From IMG/VR virus record IMGVR_UViG_3300032285_005159, positions 1 through 57,545 of that record: a DNA stretch of 57,545 nt, one strand, 5' to 3'. Position numbers and translations under genes: made by a program. Below the pieces are notes generated by a model. That model was not told the DNA's origin and did not search any database. It was given only the letters and a program-made list of their open reading frames with translations. Positions 16,843 through 25,140 of the stretch are shown piece by piece; positions within the stretch are counted from its first letter, which is position 1, and each line of letters starts with the position of its first letter. The stretch is from a virus. Lineage: Duplodnaviria; Caudoviricetes.

Positions 16843-17525
16843 ACGCACCAAATGACCCCAAAGGCGCGGCTGGCGCACTGAAAACGCCATTAGGCTTAAT
16901 CCCATCCTACGCAATGGAACAAACTGCGTGGGTACATAAGTTAGGCGCAGAAAAATATGGGCCTTTTAACTGGCGCAAAACAGGAGTTTGTGCCAGCACT
17001 TACGTCAACGCTATTCTGCGACACTTAAACGCATGGCGTGATGGTGAAACAGTCGATCCTGAATCTGGCATCAGCCATCTGGCACACGTTGCCTGTAGCT
17101 GTAATATCTTACTTGATGCAGGATTCTGTGGCACGTTGCAGGATGATCGTAACATTACGCTGCCTAATACGGCTGTAAGTAAAATGGATAGGCCCATGCC
17201 GATTCAGCATACAGAGTACAGGTTTCTTGAAATAGGAGAGTTTATACAGGAAGGCGACGAATATTACGGTGGCGATAAGTGGTACGTCACAAACTATAAT
17301 CCAGCTTGGAAGTGTACAGCAGCGGCATCAAATGTTTACCGCCGCAAAGTTGAAACAAGCAACGAGCCTGAATTCCACAGCACCACATTCAATTGGCTTA
17401 ATCTCATGTCTGATTCCAAAGACAATGAGCCTGATCTTTGCACGTGCGGCAGGATCAAGATAAACCACTTCATGTTGGGCCTAATCTGCGAAGACTGCGA
17501 AATCCGTTGGCAAGATCCCTATTGA
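16839..17525 (+). CDS. dATP/dGTP diphosphohydrolase domain protein (DUF5664-type) with C-terminal extension
   Basis: KTPLGLIP...GAEKYGPFNWRK...AILRHLNAWRDGETVDPESGISHLAHVAC is the family signature. Confidence 0.8.
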   Translation: MNAPNDPKGAAGALKTPLGLIPSYAMEQTAWVHKLGAEKYGPFNWRKTGVCASTYVNAILRHLNAWRDGETVDPESGISHLAHVACSCNILLDAGFCGTLQDDRNITLPNTAVSKMDRPMPIQHTEYRFLEIGEFIQEGDEYYGGDKWYVTNYNPAWKCTAAASNVYRRKVETSNEPEFHSTTFNWLNLMSDSKDNEPDLCTCGRIKINHFMLGLICEDCEIRWQDPY

Positions 17526-17553
17526 TTTTGCTGCACACTAATTTTACTAAGCT

Positions 17554-17925
17554 ATGAAAATACCAGAACCAATTAAAATCAAAGGCCATTACGGCAACCA
17601 TACGTGTACGGCAATTCCGCTTTCGGATTCACTGTTCCAGCTAAAATTTGAAGGCTATGGAGATGTTGTTCGTTGTGGCGGGTTTGCTGACGATCCAACA
17701 GGCAAACAGGGCTTGAGCTTCATTGATCCTGCTGGCGGACCATTTATCGGCGTTGGCTCCATTGCACAGCAGTACCATGCTTCGCTGCCGAACCGCCGCA
17801 TTAAGCGGATCGTAAGCAACGAAGGCGCAACGCTTATCCACATCGAGTCCATTGACGACGATCTGGACGAGCCGTTGGGCGTTGCTTGTTCGCTCGATGA
17901 TCCTGAATGCGAAAGCTGCCAATAA
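17554..17925 (+). CDS. Hypothetical protein with C-terminal CSLDDPECESCQ tail
   Basis: FIDPAGGPFIGVG phage-type core plus an acidic Cys-rich tail. Confidence 0.7.
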   Translation: MKIPEPIKIKGHYGNHTCTAIPLSDSLFQLKFEGYGDVVRCGGFADDPTGKQGLSFIDPAGGPFIGVGSIAQQYHASLPNRRIKRIVSNEGATLIHIESIDDDLDEPLGVACSLDDPECESCQ

Positions 17926-17946
17926 GAAAATAATTTTAAATTTTTC

Positions 17947-18080
17947 TTGCGCTCCGCTGGCAAAAGAACTATGACTGATTCTGTTGGTGCTGTTGTGGGC
18001 TTGGCCCGTCCCACAACGTAAAAGTTCCATGCGGATTCCAAATCCACAGAAAGTCAACTGGCCGCCACTCTACTAAAACT
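17947..18080 (+). promoter_or_regulatory. Promoter plus structured ~100-nt leader
   Basis: TTGCGC-N17-TATGAC with an AT-rich upstream tract like that at 15947-15995; hairpin GTTGTGGG/CCCACAAC (17992-18017). Confidence 0.45.
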
Positions 18081-18389
18081 ATGAACATTACACTTACAAA
18101 AGAACAAGAGGATAGCGTTATTGCAAGCTATCAGGAGGCTGTTGCCACTGCAATTAAAACCACAGTAGAAACTGAACTTCGCTCAATTAGGACTAACTGG
18201 AGACTTCAAGAACAAGTGCAACAACTGCTACAAAAACAGTTTGGTGATATTCTGAATGAAGTCATTACTGAAAAGCTAAAGTACAAAAAAGTAGTGGAGG
18301 AATTAGTTAGCGAAAAACTGGCAGCATCAATCCAAAACCGTTTGACCAGACAACTAAACGCTCTATCTAAAACCGAAACACAAGCATGA
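18081..18389 (+). CDS. Hypothetical helical protein, 102 aa
   Basis: ORF in a tightly packed + strand array. Confidence 0.65.
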   Translation: MNITLTKEQEDSVIASYQEAVATAIKTTVETELRSIRTNWRLQEQVQQLLQKQFGDILNEVITEKLKYKKVVEELVSEKLAASIQNRLTRQLNALSKTETQA

Positions 18390-18577
18390 AAATTACTTTA
18401 GAACTTTGGGATGACCAGAGCTGCATTACGGAAGAAACCAACTCATCACTTTGGGTGATGAGTCTTAACGGGAAAGATTTCCCGCCAAATAAGGACTCAC
18501 TAATGACATTGGAAACCGCTCACAAGATTGTGGGTAAATTACTGGAAATTGAAGAACTAACAAACATCGACGCATGA
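18386..18577 (+). CDS. Hypothetical protein, 63 aa
   Basis: ATGA overlaps at both ends. Confidence 0.6.
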   Translation: MKITLELWDDQSCITEETNSSLWVMSLNGKDFPPNKDSLMTLETAHKIVGKLLEIEELTNIDA

Positions 18578-18858
18578 ACAAAAAAAACGCACACAAATTC
18601 CTGCCAATCGTCCAAGCATTGATTGATGGCAAGCAAATACAATATAAACAAGGATGTAAAGACAACTCATATTGGGTGGACTTTGAACATGACGAAGAAA
18701 TCGGATTTTACGACGATCCAGAAGATTACCGCATCAAACCAGAACCGCGCACGTTTGAAATGCATATTAACGAAAAAGGCGTAATGTATCCAGTGGCATC
18801 CTATCCGTTAACAATGAATGGATTTGAACGCATCAAAGTGCAGGAGGTGCTAGAATGA
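18574..18858 (+). CDS. Phage hypothetical protein, 94 aa
   Basis: VQALIDGKQIQ...YRIKPEPR pattern common in phage accessory proteins. Confidence 0.7.
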   Translation: MNKKNAHKFLPIVQALIDGKQIQYKQGCKDNSYWVDFEHDEEIGFYDDPEDYRIKPEPRTFEMHINEKGVMYPVASYPLTMNGFERIKVQEVLE

Positions 18859-19175
18859 CTGACGAACAAATCAACATAGCAATCGCTGAAGCGTGTGGGT
18901 GGAGACAAGTAACTCTAGATAATAAACCAGAAGAAATATGGGAACATGAAAGCCCATCGTATCGGTGTAGAGCCGAATCAAAACTTCCCAATTATGCAGG
19001 ATGCCTAAATGCGATGCATGAGGCTGAGAAGACGTTGAATAGAGATTCTCGCTATGACCTAATTGGGGGATATGGCTTATATTTAGTTGCATTAGAACAT
19101 AATGTATCCGCAACCGCTCGCCAACGAGCAGAAGCCTTTCTACGAACACTTGGAAAATGGGAGGAGGAAGCATGA
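18855..19175 (+). CDS. Phage protein, NinX/ABA-sandwich-like
   Basis: INIAIAEACGW...PNY...LNAMHEAE...ATARQRAEAFLRTLG. Confidence 0.55.
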   Translation: MTDEQINIAIAEACGWRQVTLDNKPEEIWEHESPSYRCRAESKLPNYAGCLNAMHEAEKTLNRDSRYDLIGGYGLYLVALEHNVSATARQRAEAFLRTLGKWEEEA

Positions 19176-19459
19176 GAAGCAGCACAGAAACAATTATCGG
19201 CGCACTACGCATTCTCGCTGGTGATATACTAAGCGAAGAAGGAGTCGCCAACGCAGCCATTGCAGAAGCAGCGGATCGGATGGAGGAACTATGCAGCGAA
19301 CTGCTATTTCAAAAACGACTAGCTGAGAAATACGTCGAAGCAGGAAAGATCTGTGCGAAGATCTACATAGCGCGGAACATTACACTTTCAGAAAAATGCA
19401 TTGTTTCAGCACTTGCTGAAATCGACAAAGTTTATCGAACACAAAACGATGGAAACTAA
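19172..19459 (+). CDS. Hypothetical protein
   Basis: MRSSTETIIGALRILA...AIAEAADRMEEL; ATGA overlap with the previous gene. Confidence 0.65.
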   Translation: MRSSTETIIGALRILAGDILSEEGVANAAIAEAADRMEELCSELLFQKRLAEKYVEAGKICAKIYIARNITLSEKCIVSALAEIDKVYRTQNDGN

Positions 19460-19479
19460 ATGAGCGATACACCAGAAAC
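19442..19479 (+). repeat. 38-bp direct repeat, copy 1
   Basis: CAAAACGATGGAAACTAAATGAGCGATACACCAGAAAC, identical at 19787-19824. Confidence 0.9.
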
Positions 19480-19804
19480 GGACGATTGCGTAAAAGAAAA
19501 TAAGCATATCAAATTCTTGGAAGAAGATCATTGGTCTTTAAATGGTAAATTTACATTTACGCATCCAATCGTTGCTTTATGCCGAAAGTTGGAACGCCAA
19601 CTGTATGGATTGGGGTCAGCGGCAGATTGTGTAAGTGATTTGCTTACCGATCAGCGAAACAGATTTATCAAAGCTATTGAGGCATTAAAATATTGGAGAG
19701 ATATTTCTGAATGCGATTGCAGTAACTCTCTGCCACACGGAGGATGTCTGCGGTGCGATTTAGACCGCATATTAAAAGAAACCAACCAAAACGATGGAAA
19801 CTAA
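19460..19804 (+). CDS. MSDTPETD-start phage protein with C-terminal Cys cluster, 114 aa
   Basis: Shares its N-terminus with the next gene; CDC...CLRC. Confidence 0.7.
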   Translation: MSDTPETDDCVKENKHIKFLEEDHWSLNGKFTFTHPIVALCRKLERQLYGLGSAADCVSDLLTDQRNRFIKAIEALKYWRDISECDCSNSLPHGGCLRCDLDRILKETNQNDGN

Positions 19805-19824
19805 ATGAGCGATACACCAGAAAC
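19787..19824 (+). repeat. 38-bp direct repeat, copy 2
   Basis: Identical to 19442-19479. Confidence 0.9.
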
Positions 19825-20056
19825 CGACAAACTAATACGAACGTATCACACGGTAATTGGAACCGATGCCATTGGGCTAGCTTCCAAACTCACATTAAAA
19901 TGCATGGAATTAGAACGTGAACGCGATGAAGCAGTACAAGCACTACGCAACATCAGAGCGGATTGGGGCGGAATGGTTATTGATGATGGATGCTATTGCT
20001 CAGACTGTGAATTTCTACGGCCTATTGATGCGATCCTAAACAAGTATAAAGTATGA
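19805..20056 (+). CDS. MSDTPETD-start phage protein, 83 aa
   Basis: MSDTPETD...LERERDEA...CYCSDC. Confidence 0.7.
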   Translation: MSDTPETDKLIRTYHTVIGTDAIGLASKLTLKCMELERERDEAVQALRNIRADWGGMVIDDGCYCSDCEFLRPIDAILNKYKV

Positions 20057-20400
20057 GAACAGTAAAAGAAGAACAGTTGCAACAAGAAGTCAAAATCTGG
20101 AAATCAAGAGCGCAAGCACATGAGGAAAACTACTTGCGGATGCTCAAGCGCATTGATGAAGTTGTTGCAGAACGCAATGAAGCAGTTCGTAGTTGTCATA
20201 TCTGGCAGAAAGGACACTCCGATATTGTTACCGAACGTGACTTGTGGCGAGAAGAAGCAGATCGTTGGCGCAATATGTATTTGGAGTACGACGAGATGCT
20301 GGAGTGTCAAGTGCAGGAAGCTGTGGACAGGCTTAACAAAGTTTGGGAAGATTTGGATAAGCTCAAGAAGAAAGTACAGGATGATCTACGGGAAGACTAA
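20053..20400 (+). CDS. Coiled-coil hypothetical protein, 115 aa
   Basis: ERNEA/ERD heptad-like repeats; ATGA overlap. Confidence 0.65.
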   Translation: MRTVKEEQLQQEVKIWKSRAQAHEENYLRMLKRIDEVVAERNEAVRSCHIWQKGHSDIVTERDLWREEADRWRNMYLEYDEMLECQVQEAVDRLNKVWEDLDKLKKKVQDDLRED

Positions 20401-20590
20401 ACTGCAATGGTGCAGACGCTGCCAGCAGGACAAGCCAGTACGAGAATTCTACGAAAGCCACCGCACGCGCTGTATGCGCTGCATTTCTGAATGTAAAAAA
20501 GAAGCTTATAAAGACCCCGTAAAAAGGCAACAGCAAAGGCTTCGATGCAAGAAGAACTACTACGAAAACAAAATTAAAAATGACCAATAA
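20381..20590 (+). CDS. Small zinc-finger protein
   Basis: CRRC...EFY...CMRC; ATG at 20381 preferred to the longer ORF-track start. Confidence 0.55.
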   Translation: MIYGKTKLQWCRRCQQDKPVREFYESHRTRCMRCISECKKEAYKDPVKRQQQRLRCKKNYYENKIKNDQ

Positions 20591-20715
20591 CGAAATAGAA
20601 GAACCGTTTAACTTAGGTTTGCTACAACTCTGTTTAGACGTATGCTTAACTACGCAAAACTGGAGTGAAGCTGAAAAGTACCAAGCACGAATTACAGACT
20701 TTATTCGCAAACTAA

Positions 20716-20946
20716 ATGTCCACAACTAAAATTCTTTTGAACCAAGAGTCTTACCAAGACCTATATTCTTGGGAACACGCAGTAATTTGCGCGTACGCGG
20801 ACCTTGGTTTACGGTTAGATCCAAACTTGGACGCTTACGCAGCCATTGGAAACCTATTGACTTTAGTAAGGAAATATGGTAATACCTGCGAATGCAAACC
20901 ATTATTGGAATTGACAACGGTCTTACCGGAGGCTTGTGTGCCTTGA
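20716..20946 (+). CDS. Hypothetical protein, 76 aa
   Basis: ORF in the packed array; overlaps the RuvC start. Confidence 0.45.
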   Translation: MSTTKILLNQESYQDLYSWEHAVICAYADLGLRLDPNLDAYAAIGNLLTLVRKYGNTCECKPLLELTTVLPEACVP

Positions 20947-21443
20947 ACCGTGAATCTTTGGAAATTGTTGGGCTGGCCCCAATGCCTTGCAAACCGTTTG
21001 GATTTAAAAACGAAGTTAACGTGCAAACCGTTTTGGACTGGATCCAACAATTTCCAAACCCAACCGTTGCAATTGAAGAGCCTTTGCACTTTGCTGCAAC
21101 GTTGGCGTCTATGCGTAGCATGATGCTAAGCTTTGGCAAAATAGTGGGAGCGTGCACCGTGCTTCAAGTACCTTGTATCAGGGTTCAAGTAAAGGACTGG
21201 CAAGACGCAATGTTGGGTGCACGAAAGACAAAGGGCTTGACAAAAGTAGTTGCTTTAGCTAAAGCAAAACAACGTTGGCCAAAACAAAAGTGGAGCGTTG
21301 GCCGGGGCCAAGCACCGCACGATGGAATAGTTGACGCATCCTTAATAGCAGTTTACGCAAATGAAAATATTGTACTGGAACCGAGAAGACCTAGCCGTAG
21401 AGCTAAAACTACTAGAGCCCGGAAAGTGGCTAGTAAACATTGA
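20892..21443 (+). CDS. RuvC-like Holliday junction resolvase
   Basis: IIGIDNGLTGG, VAIEE, W...ML, HDGIVDASLIA acidic catalytic pattern. Confidence 0.85.
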   Translation: MQTIIGIDNGLTGGLCALNRESLEIVGLAPMPCKPFGFKNEVNVQTVLDWIQQFPNPTVAIEEPLHFAATLASMRSMMLSFGKIVGACTVLQVPCIRVQVKDWQDAMLGARKTKGLTKVVALAKAKQRWPKQKWSVGRGQAPHDGIVDASLIAVYANENIVLEPRRPSRRAKTTRARKVASKH

Positions 21444-21603
21444 CGTTGATCAACCCGCTTGGACCGAGTTCATTGTTGGTACGCGCTTGCAGTGGTACAA
21501 TCCCGCATTGCCAAACCGTGTAATACAAGCGGTTAATTTTGAGTGTTACTCCGTGGATCCAAGCGGTTACGAGTACTTTGGCTGGATCATTTATACAAAA
21601 TGA
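21361..21603 (+). CDS. Hypothetical protein, 80 aa
   Basis: Fills the gap to the helicase, with an ATGA overlap at 21600. Confidence 0.5.
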   Translation: MKILYWNREDLAVELKLLEPGKWLVNIDVDQPAWTEFIVGTRLQWYNPALPNRVIQAVNFECYSVDPSGYEYFGWIIYTK

Positions 21604-22907
21604 AAACACTTTATCCTGCGCAACAAACTGCTTTGGAGTGCTTTTTACAAGCCCAGCAAAGCGGCCTTAGCACCTTAGACTCAAGCGTTGTTGGAACTGG
21701 TAAGACCGTGGTTGCCGCTCACCTGACCCAACAGCTAGGTCAGCCTTTTGGTGTAGTTTGTCCAAAGGCCGTTATAACGAGCTGGAAGCGCGAGCTAGCC
21801 CAGCACGGCCTTACGCCGTTGTTCGTGCTAAACTACGAACAAATTCGAAACGGCAAAACAGGGTACCTGAAAAAAGCTGGTAAGAAAATTATGCGTTGGT
21901 GCTTGCCGCCGGACTCGTTATTGATTTTTGACGAGGTGCAGAAGTGCAAAAGTCCATTTACTCAAAACGCGCAGTTGCTAATATCTGCAAAGCAGCAGGG
22001 ATTTAAGCTCCACTTGCTAAGCGCGACAGCTTGCGAAGATCCAACCGAAATGCGTGCAATTGGGTTTAGCTTGGGCCTACACAGCTTAAACAACGCCAAC
22101 GGCCAGCTTAAGAGCTGGCAGAGCTGGATGTACACGGTTGGGTGCAAGCAAGACACTTGGGGCGGTTGGTACTTAAGCGACCGCAAAAAGCTCAAGGACG
22201 TTAAGGACCAAATCTACAAAAACAAACGAAATGGTTTTAGGCTTACAGTTGCGGACTTTCCTGATTCGTTCCGCGACAACCGAGTACAAGTTTTACCAGT
22301 AAACTGCGTAAAGGCCGTGGGTTCAGCGTACACCAAAAACAACTTAACCGAAGAAGCGTTGCTTAGTTACATTGACGATTCTGTGGTTATTGAAGATCCA
22401 GCACAAGAAGAGATCTTTATTGTGCGGCTTTTACGGGCCCGGCAAGAAGCTGAGCTTGGCAAGGTTCCCGAGTTACTTGCATTAGCTGACGACTACGCTG
22501 AGCAAGGCTTGGCCGTTGTTTTGTTTGTAAACTTCCGGGCAACCAGCGACGCATTGGTAGAGCACTTAAAGTGCCGCACCATTCAAGGAGGCCAAACGGC
22601 CGAGGCCCGGCAACAAGCCATTGATCGATTCCAAAACGACCAAGACCAAGTCCTAGTTGTTAACATTGAAGCTGGTGGCACAGGCCTTTCCTTGCACGAC
22701 GTTAACGGTGTACGGCCCAGAGTAAGCTTAATTAGCCCAACCTTTAACGCCAAGTCGCACTTGCAAGTTTTGGGCCGGATCCACCGAAACGGAGCTAAGT
22801 CCGACGCGCTGCAACAGATCGTTGTTGCAGCCGACACAATTGAGGAGTCAGTGGTGCAAGCAGTAGAACGCAAGTGTAAAAACTTACGAGACTTGCACGG
22901 CGAATAA
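21600..22907 (+). CDS. Superfamily 2 (SNF2-like) DNA helicase
   Basis: LYPAQ Q-motif, GTGKT, IFDEVQ, LSAT, GGTGLSL, QVLGRIHRNG; start at MKTLYP. Confidence 0.9.
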   Translation: MKTLYPAQQTALECFLQAQQSGLSTLDSSVVGTGKTVVAAHLTQQLGQPFGVVCPKAVITSWKRELAQHGLTPLFVLNYEQIRNGKTGYLKKAGKKIMRWCLPPDSLLIFDEVQKCKSPFTQNAQLLISAKQQGFKLHLLSATACEDPTEMRAIGFSLGLHSLNNANGQLKSWQSWMYTVGCKQDTWGGWYLSDRKKLKDVKDQIYKNKRNGFRLTVADFPDSFRDNRVQVLPVNCVKAVGSAYTKNNLTEEALLSYIDDSVVIEDPAQEEIFIVRLLRARQEAELGKVPELLALADDYAEQGLAVVLFVNFRATSDALVEHLKCRTIQGGQTAEARQQAIDRFQNDQDQVLVVNIEAGGTGLSLHDVNGVRPRVSLISPTFNAKSHLQVLGRIHRNGAKSDALQQIVVAADTIEESVVQAVERKCKNLRDLHGE

Positions 22908-22958
22908 TTTCTCTTGACCAAACGAAACTTTTAGAATAAGAAAATCCCCCACACAAAA

Positions 22959-24098
22959 ATGAGTAATACACCAGACCATTCAGAAAGATCCCACGCAGAG
23001 TTCGGCCCTAGCAGCCTAAAGCACGTACACGCCTGTGCAGGTTGGCAGAGCCGTGGCGGCACAAACGAAGCCGCCGAAATGGGTACACGGATTCACGAAG
23101 CCGTTGAAATCTTAAACCCTAGCGCGTTGCATAACGAGCAAGAGGTCGAGATCTACAACAAGCTAATCGAGGACATGGAAGGCGCGTTGCAATACCTACG
23201 CGACAAGGCTGGAAAAGAGCCTACCGTTCACCAAGAAATTCGCTTGGAAATGAAGTTAATTGATTGCGAAACTTTCGGTACCGCCGACATTGTAGCAATT
23301 GCCGGAACGTACGCTGTGCTGCACGACCACAAAACCGGAATCGGTAAAGTAGACGCACCGCCAAAAAACTGGCAAAGCAAAACGTACGCGGTTGGCGTGT
23401 TCCAACAATTCCCTGAAGTCCAAACTATTTTCGCGAGTTTTTCGTTGCCACAGCGCAACGAGCTTTTAATTGGCGAGTACACACGGGACCAGTTGCCTGA
23501 GTACATTGAAGAGATCTCCGCTGTAATTCAAGCTGGGCAAAGGGTCCGGCCGTTGTGGACCGACAAAACAACTCCGGACTTAGATGACTTGGACATTAGC
23601 TCTGGCTGCCAGTACTGCTTGCACCGCGACCGTTGCCCGGCCTTAGGTCATACAGCCGTAGAAATAGTTAAGCGTTCAAAGCCAGACTTCTTACCAGAAG
23701 GAACTCTAATTTCCGAAGAAATTGAAGACCTAGAAGTTTTAGCAAAGCTTTACGTAATTGCATCCATTGTTGAAAAATGGGCAGATGGTATTCGTGCTAA
23801 GGCAATTGCAAAAGCCAAAGAAGGTTTTGAACTGCCCGGCTTGCGCCTAAAAAGTATGGGCGCAACAAAAGTCGTTGTTGACAAGCAAGCATTTTACCAG
23901 TATGTAAATGAGCTCGGAATTGAAAAGGACTCGATTTTGGACTTAGTTCAGATCCCGGTTGCTAAGGTTCGCGACTTGTACGCGGCCAAGGCACCGAAGG
24001 GAAAGAAAACTGAATGGAGCCGCAAGTTTGAGCTCGAACTCGAAGCTGAAGAAATTTTGGAAAAAGGAACCGAACGGTTTACCTTGGCCCAAGACTAA
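22959..24098 (+). CDS. Cas4-like PD-(D/E)XK nuclease (DUF2800-like)
   Basis: HAEFGPSS...C, AEMGTRIHE, FGTADIV, HDHKTG, CQYC...CP. Confidence 0.8.
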   Translation: MSNTPDHSERSHAEFGPSSLKHVHACAGWQSRGGTNEAAEMGTRIHEAVEILNPSALHNEQEVEIYNKLIEDMEGALQYLRDKAGKEPTVHQEIRLEMKLIDCETFGTADIVAIAGTYAVLHDHKTGIGKVDAPPKNWQSKTYAVGVFQQFPEVQTIFASFSLPQRNELLIGEYTRDQLPEYIEEISAVIQAGQRVRPLWTDKTTPDLDDLDISSGCQYCLHRDRCPALGHTAVEIVKRSKPDFLPEGTLISEEIEDLEVLAKLYVIASIVEKWADGIRAKAIAKAKEGFELPGLRLKSMGATKVVVDKQAFYQYVNELGIEKDSILDLVQIPVAKVRDLYAAKAPKGKKTEWSRKFELELEAEEILEKGTERFTLAQD

Positions 24099-24157
24099 GG
24101 CCAAACGTGGAACGCTAGCCTAACTTAAATTGGATTGCCACAAAAGAAACTAGAAAA

Positions 24158-24859
24158 GTGAAAACAGTAAACAAAGAAGTAGAAGTAGTAACAGCCGAGT
24201 TGGTTGTCCCCGCCAGTGCAGAAGTAGCTATTGCCCCGAACTATAATTCGGGTTTTAACTCGGAGGATTTCCACATCCCTCGTCTAAACTGCATTCAAAA
24301 AATGAGCGAGATCGAAGGTAATCCCGGAGATCTTGTTTTGGACCGCCGAGCAGTAGTGCTAAAGCCCGGAAAGAAATTGCCAGTAACGGTTGTTTCAATC
24401 CGTAAAAGCTGGACTGAGAAGGTTCCGTTTGAGGGTGAGTATAAACCAAAGTACGCGAATACTCCGGAAGAAGCTGCGGACCTTAAACTGCAAAGCAACT
24501 TCCCAATTATTCCAGTTGCAGATATTATTCTGCTTGTGCCGTACGATTCCTCAATTAGTACAATTGACGAAGAAGACGCCGCCGAGCTATTCCCATTCTT
24601 GGTAGGCGATACTGCTTACCAGTTGGCGAAGCTCACGGTGCAAAGCTTCGCTTTTGACCATACGTTCAAAATCGTAAACAGCTTCCACGCTGGAAATCCA
24701 AACCTTACCTTAACTGGTCAGAGTTGGAACCTCGGTTCGCTTCTTTTGGAGCGCGGCCGTTATAGTTGGTACGTGCCAGTTCTTGGCCGTAGCAATCGTG
24801 CGCAAGACCCAGAGGTACTTGCATTCCTTAATCGCCTAGTAAACGGACAATCGAAGTAA
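24158..24859 (+). CDS. Probable ssDNA-binding/annealing protein
   Basis: DFHIPRLNCIQKMS motif; lies between the Cas4-like nuclease and PolA. Confidence 0.45.
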   Translation: MKTVNKEVEVVTAELVVPASAEVAIAPNYNSGFNSEDFHIPRLNCIQKMSEIEGNPGDLVLDRRAVVLKPGKKLPVTVVSIRKSWTEKVPFEGEYKPKYANTPEEAADLKLQSNFPIIPVADIILLVPYDSSISTIDEEDAAELFPFLVGDTAYQLAKLTVQSFAFDHTFKIVNSFHAGNPNLTLTGQSWNLGSLLLERGRYSWYVPVLGRSNRAQDPEVLAFLNRLVNGQSK

Positions 24860-25071
24860 TGAGCCTACAAATCGCAGAACACCCGAATCCACTCCCAATC
24901 CTTGAGAAAGAACTCGCAAGCGTTAACGGAGTATGTGAAGAGCTTGAAGATAACATCAGCAAGCTTATTACACAGTTGCACGGCCTTTGCGCTGTGCGAA
25001 ACGCAATTAGCAACGAAATCAAAAGGCTCGGCCCCAACGCTGAGCAGCTTGAATTCGAAATTATTGAATAA
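24859..25071 (+). CDS. Small coiled-coil protein, 70 aa
   Basis: TAATG overlap with the previous gene; followed by a terminator. Confidence 0.65.
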   Translation: MSLQIAEHPNPLPILEKELASVNGVCEELEDNISKLITQLHGLCAVRNAISNEIKRLGPNAEQLEFEIIE

Positions 25072-25089
25072 CGAATAAACTAAAAACCT

Positions 25090-25127
25090 AAAGGTGCCTA
25101 CTGCTCGGTTGCGGTAGGCACCTTTTT
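25090..25127 (+). terminator. Rho-independent terminator
   Basis: AAAGGTGCCTACTGC/GCGGTAGGCACCTTTTT stem plus T-run. Confidence 0.8.
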
Positions 25128-25140
25128 AATGCACTAAATT

